A stretch of DNA of 63,532 nucleotides, counting the filler, from Octopus bimaculoides (taxonomy: Eukaryota), in assembly GCF_001194135.2 (NCBI RefSeq). It is 6 parts of 6 records of this genome, joined end to end, with 100 filler letters (N's around TTAATTAATTAA, not from the genome) between each part and the next. Parts side by side here need not be neighbours in the genome. Positions count along the whole stretch, not along the records: positions 61,908 to 63,532 come from NW_026399831.1; 5 more parts are not named here. The stretch is one strand, 5' to 3'. The translations under genes were made by a program, and so were the position numbers. This document shows positions 62,738 through 63,532 of this stretch, piece after piece; within the stretch, counting starts at the first letter, position 1, and each line of letters starts with the position of its first letter. Under the pieces are notes generated by a model. That model made no database searches. It saw only the letters and a list, made by a program, of their open reading frames with translations, and was not told the DNA's origin.

Positions 62738-63475
62738 AATGCCCGGATGCAGTACCAGAGAGTGGCTCTCATGGCTTCTGATCTTAACTGATTGGAAGTG
62801 TTATCATGTACATTGTTTTGTCTTGGTCTAAAAAGATGGCCTACAGCAAATATTCTGCTCAATTCCACAGATTTGCTAATGCCCTGATGCAGTACCAGGC
62901 AATGGTTCTCGTGGCTTCTGATCTTAACTGATTGGAAGTGTTATCATGTACATTGTTTTGTCTTGGTATAAAAAGATGGCCTACAGCAAATATTCTACTA
63001 AATACCACAGATTTGCTAATGCCCTGATGCAGTACCAGGCAGTGGCTCTCATGGCTTCTGGTCTTAACTGATTGGAAGTGTTATCATGTACATTGTTTTG
63101 TCTTGGTATAAAAAGATGGCTTACAGCAAATATTCTGCTCAACACTACAGATTTGCTAATGCCCTGATGCAGTACCAGGCAGTGGCTCTCATGGCTTCTG
63201 ATCTTAACTGATTGGAAGTGTTATCATGTACATTGTTTTGTCATGGTATAGAAGATGGGCTACAGCAAATATTCTGCTCAGTACCACAGATTTGCTAATG
63301 CNNNNNNNNNNCAGGCAGTGGCTCTCATGGCTTCTGATCTTAACTGATTGGAAGTGTTATCATGTACATTGTTTTGTCTTGGTCTAAAAAGATGGCCTGC
63401 AGCAAATATTCTGCTCAATACCACAGATTTGCTTGTCAGTTGTTTGACCTTAACCAGTTGAGCATGTCCCTTAGT
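62738..63475 (-). repeat. Five-copy 140-bp tandem array derived from the 3' end of a retroposon with an (ATT)n tail
   Basis: Unit starts gccc(t/g)gatgcagtacc at 62741, 62881, 63021, 63161 and about 63300; unique extension 63434-63475; (AAT)n at 62681-62740. Confidence 0.92.
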
Positions 63476-63532
63476 AGAAGACACACATACACACACACAC
63501 ATATATATATATATACGACAGGCTTCTTTCAG

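Noticed and set aside
62738-63433. Regular repeat array considered as CRISPR-like
   Set aside because: Units are contiguous 140-bp copies with no unique spacers, in a eukaryotic context.

Overview
AT-rich, microsatellite- and transposon-saturated animal genomic DNA with many assembly gaps. The repeat families and composition suggest an octopod cephalopod, which is inference rather than a database match. There is one clear protein-coding element, an uninterrupted minus-strand ORF of at least 1870 codons (38179-43791). It is still open where it meets an N gap, and it encodes a short helical N-terminal part plus about six tandem, highly diverged NHL/TRIM-type beta-propeller modules in one giant exon. 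The rest is a TE graveyard: mariner, maT-like and DD41D-like transposase relics, RTE, L1/Tx1 and CR1/L2 LINE fragments, a 5'-truncated R4/Dong-like element in a (TAA)n tract just behind the gene's stop codon, several SINE families, MITEs and a 140-bp tandem array. The most striking non-coding signal is a set of minimal hammerhead-ribozyme motifs with palindromic helix III. Two intact copies lie in a young Penelope-like element whose repeat also carries a tRNA-derived Pol III head and a fold-back inversion. Additional independent, partly decayed hammerheads lie at about 55.6 kb, 51.4 kb and 35.4 kb, and possibly 5.8 kb. All protein and family assignments come from manual translation and motif recognition, not from searches.
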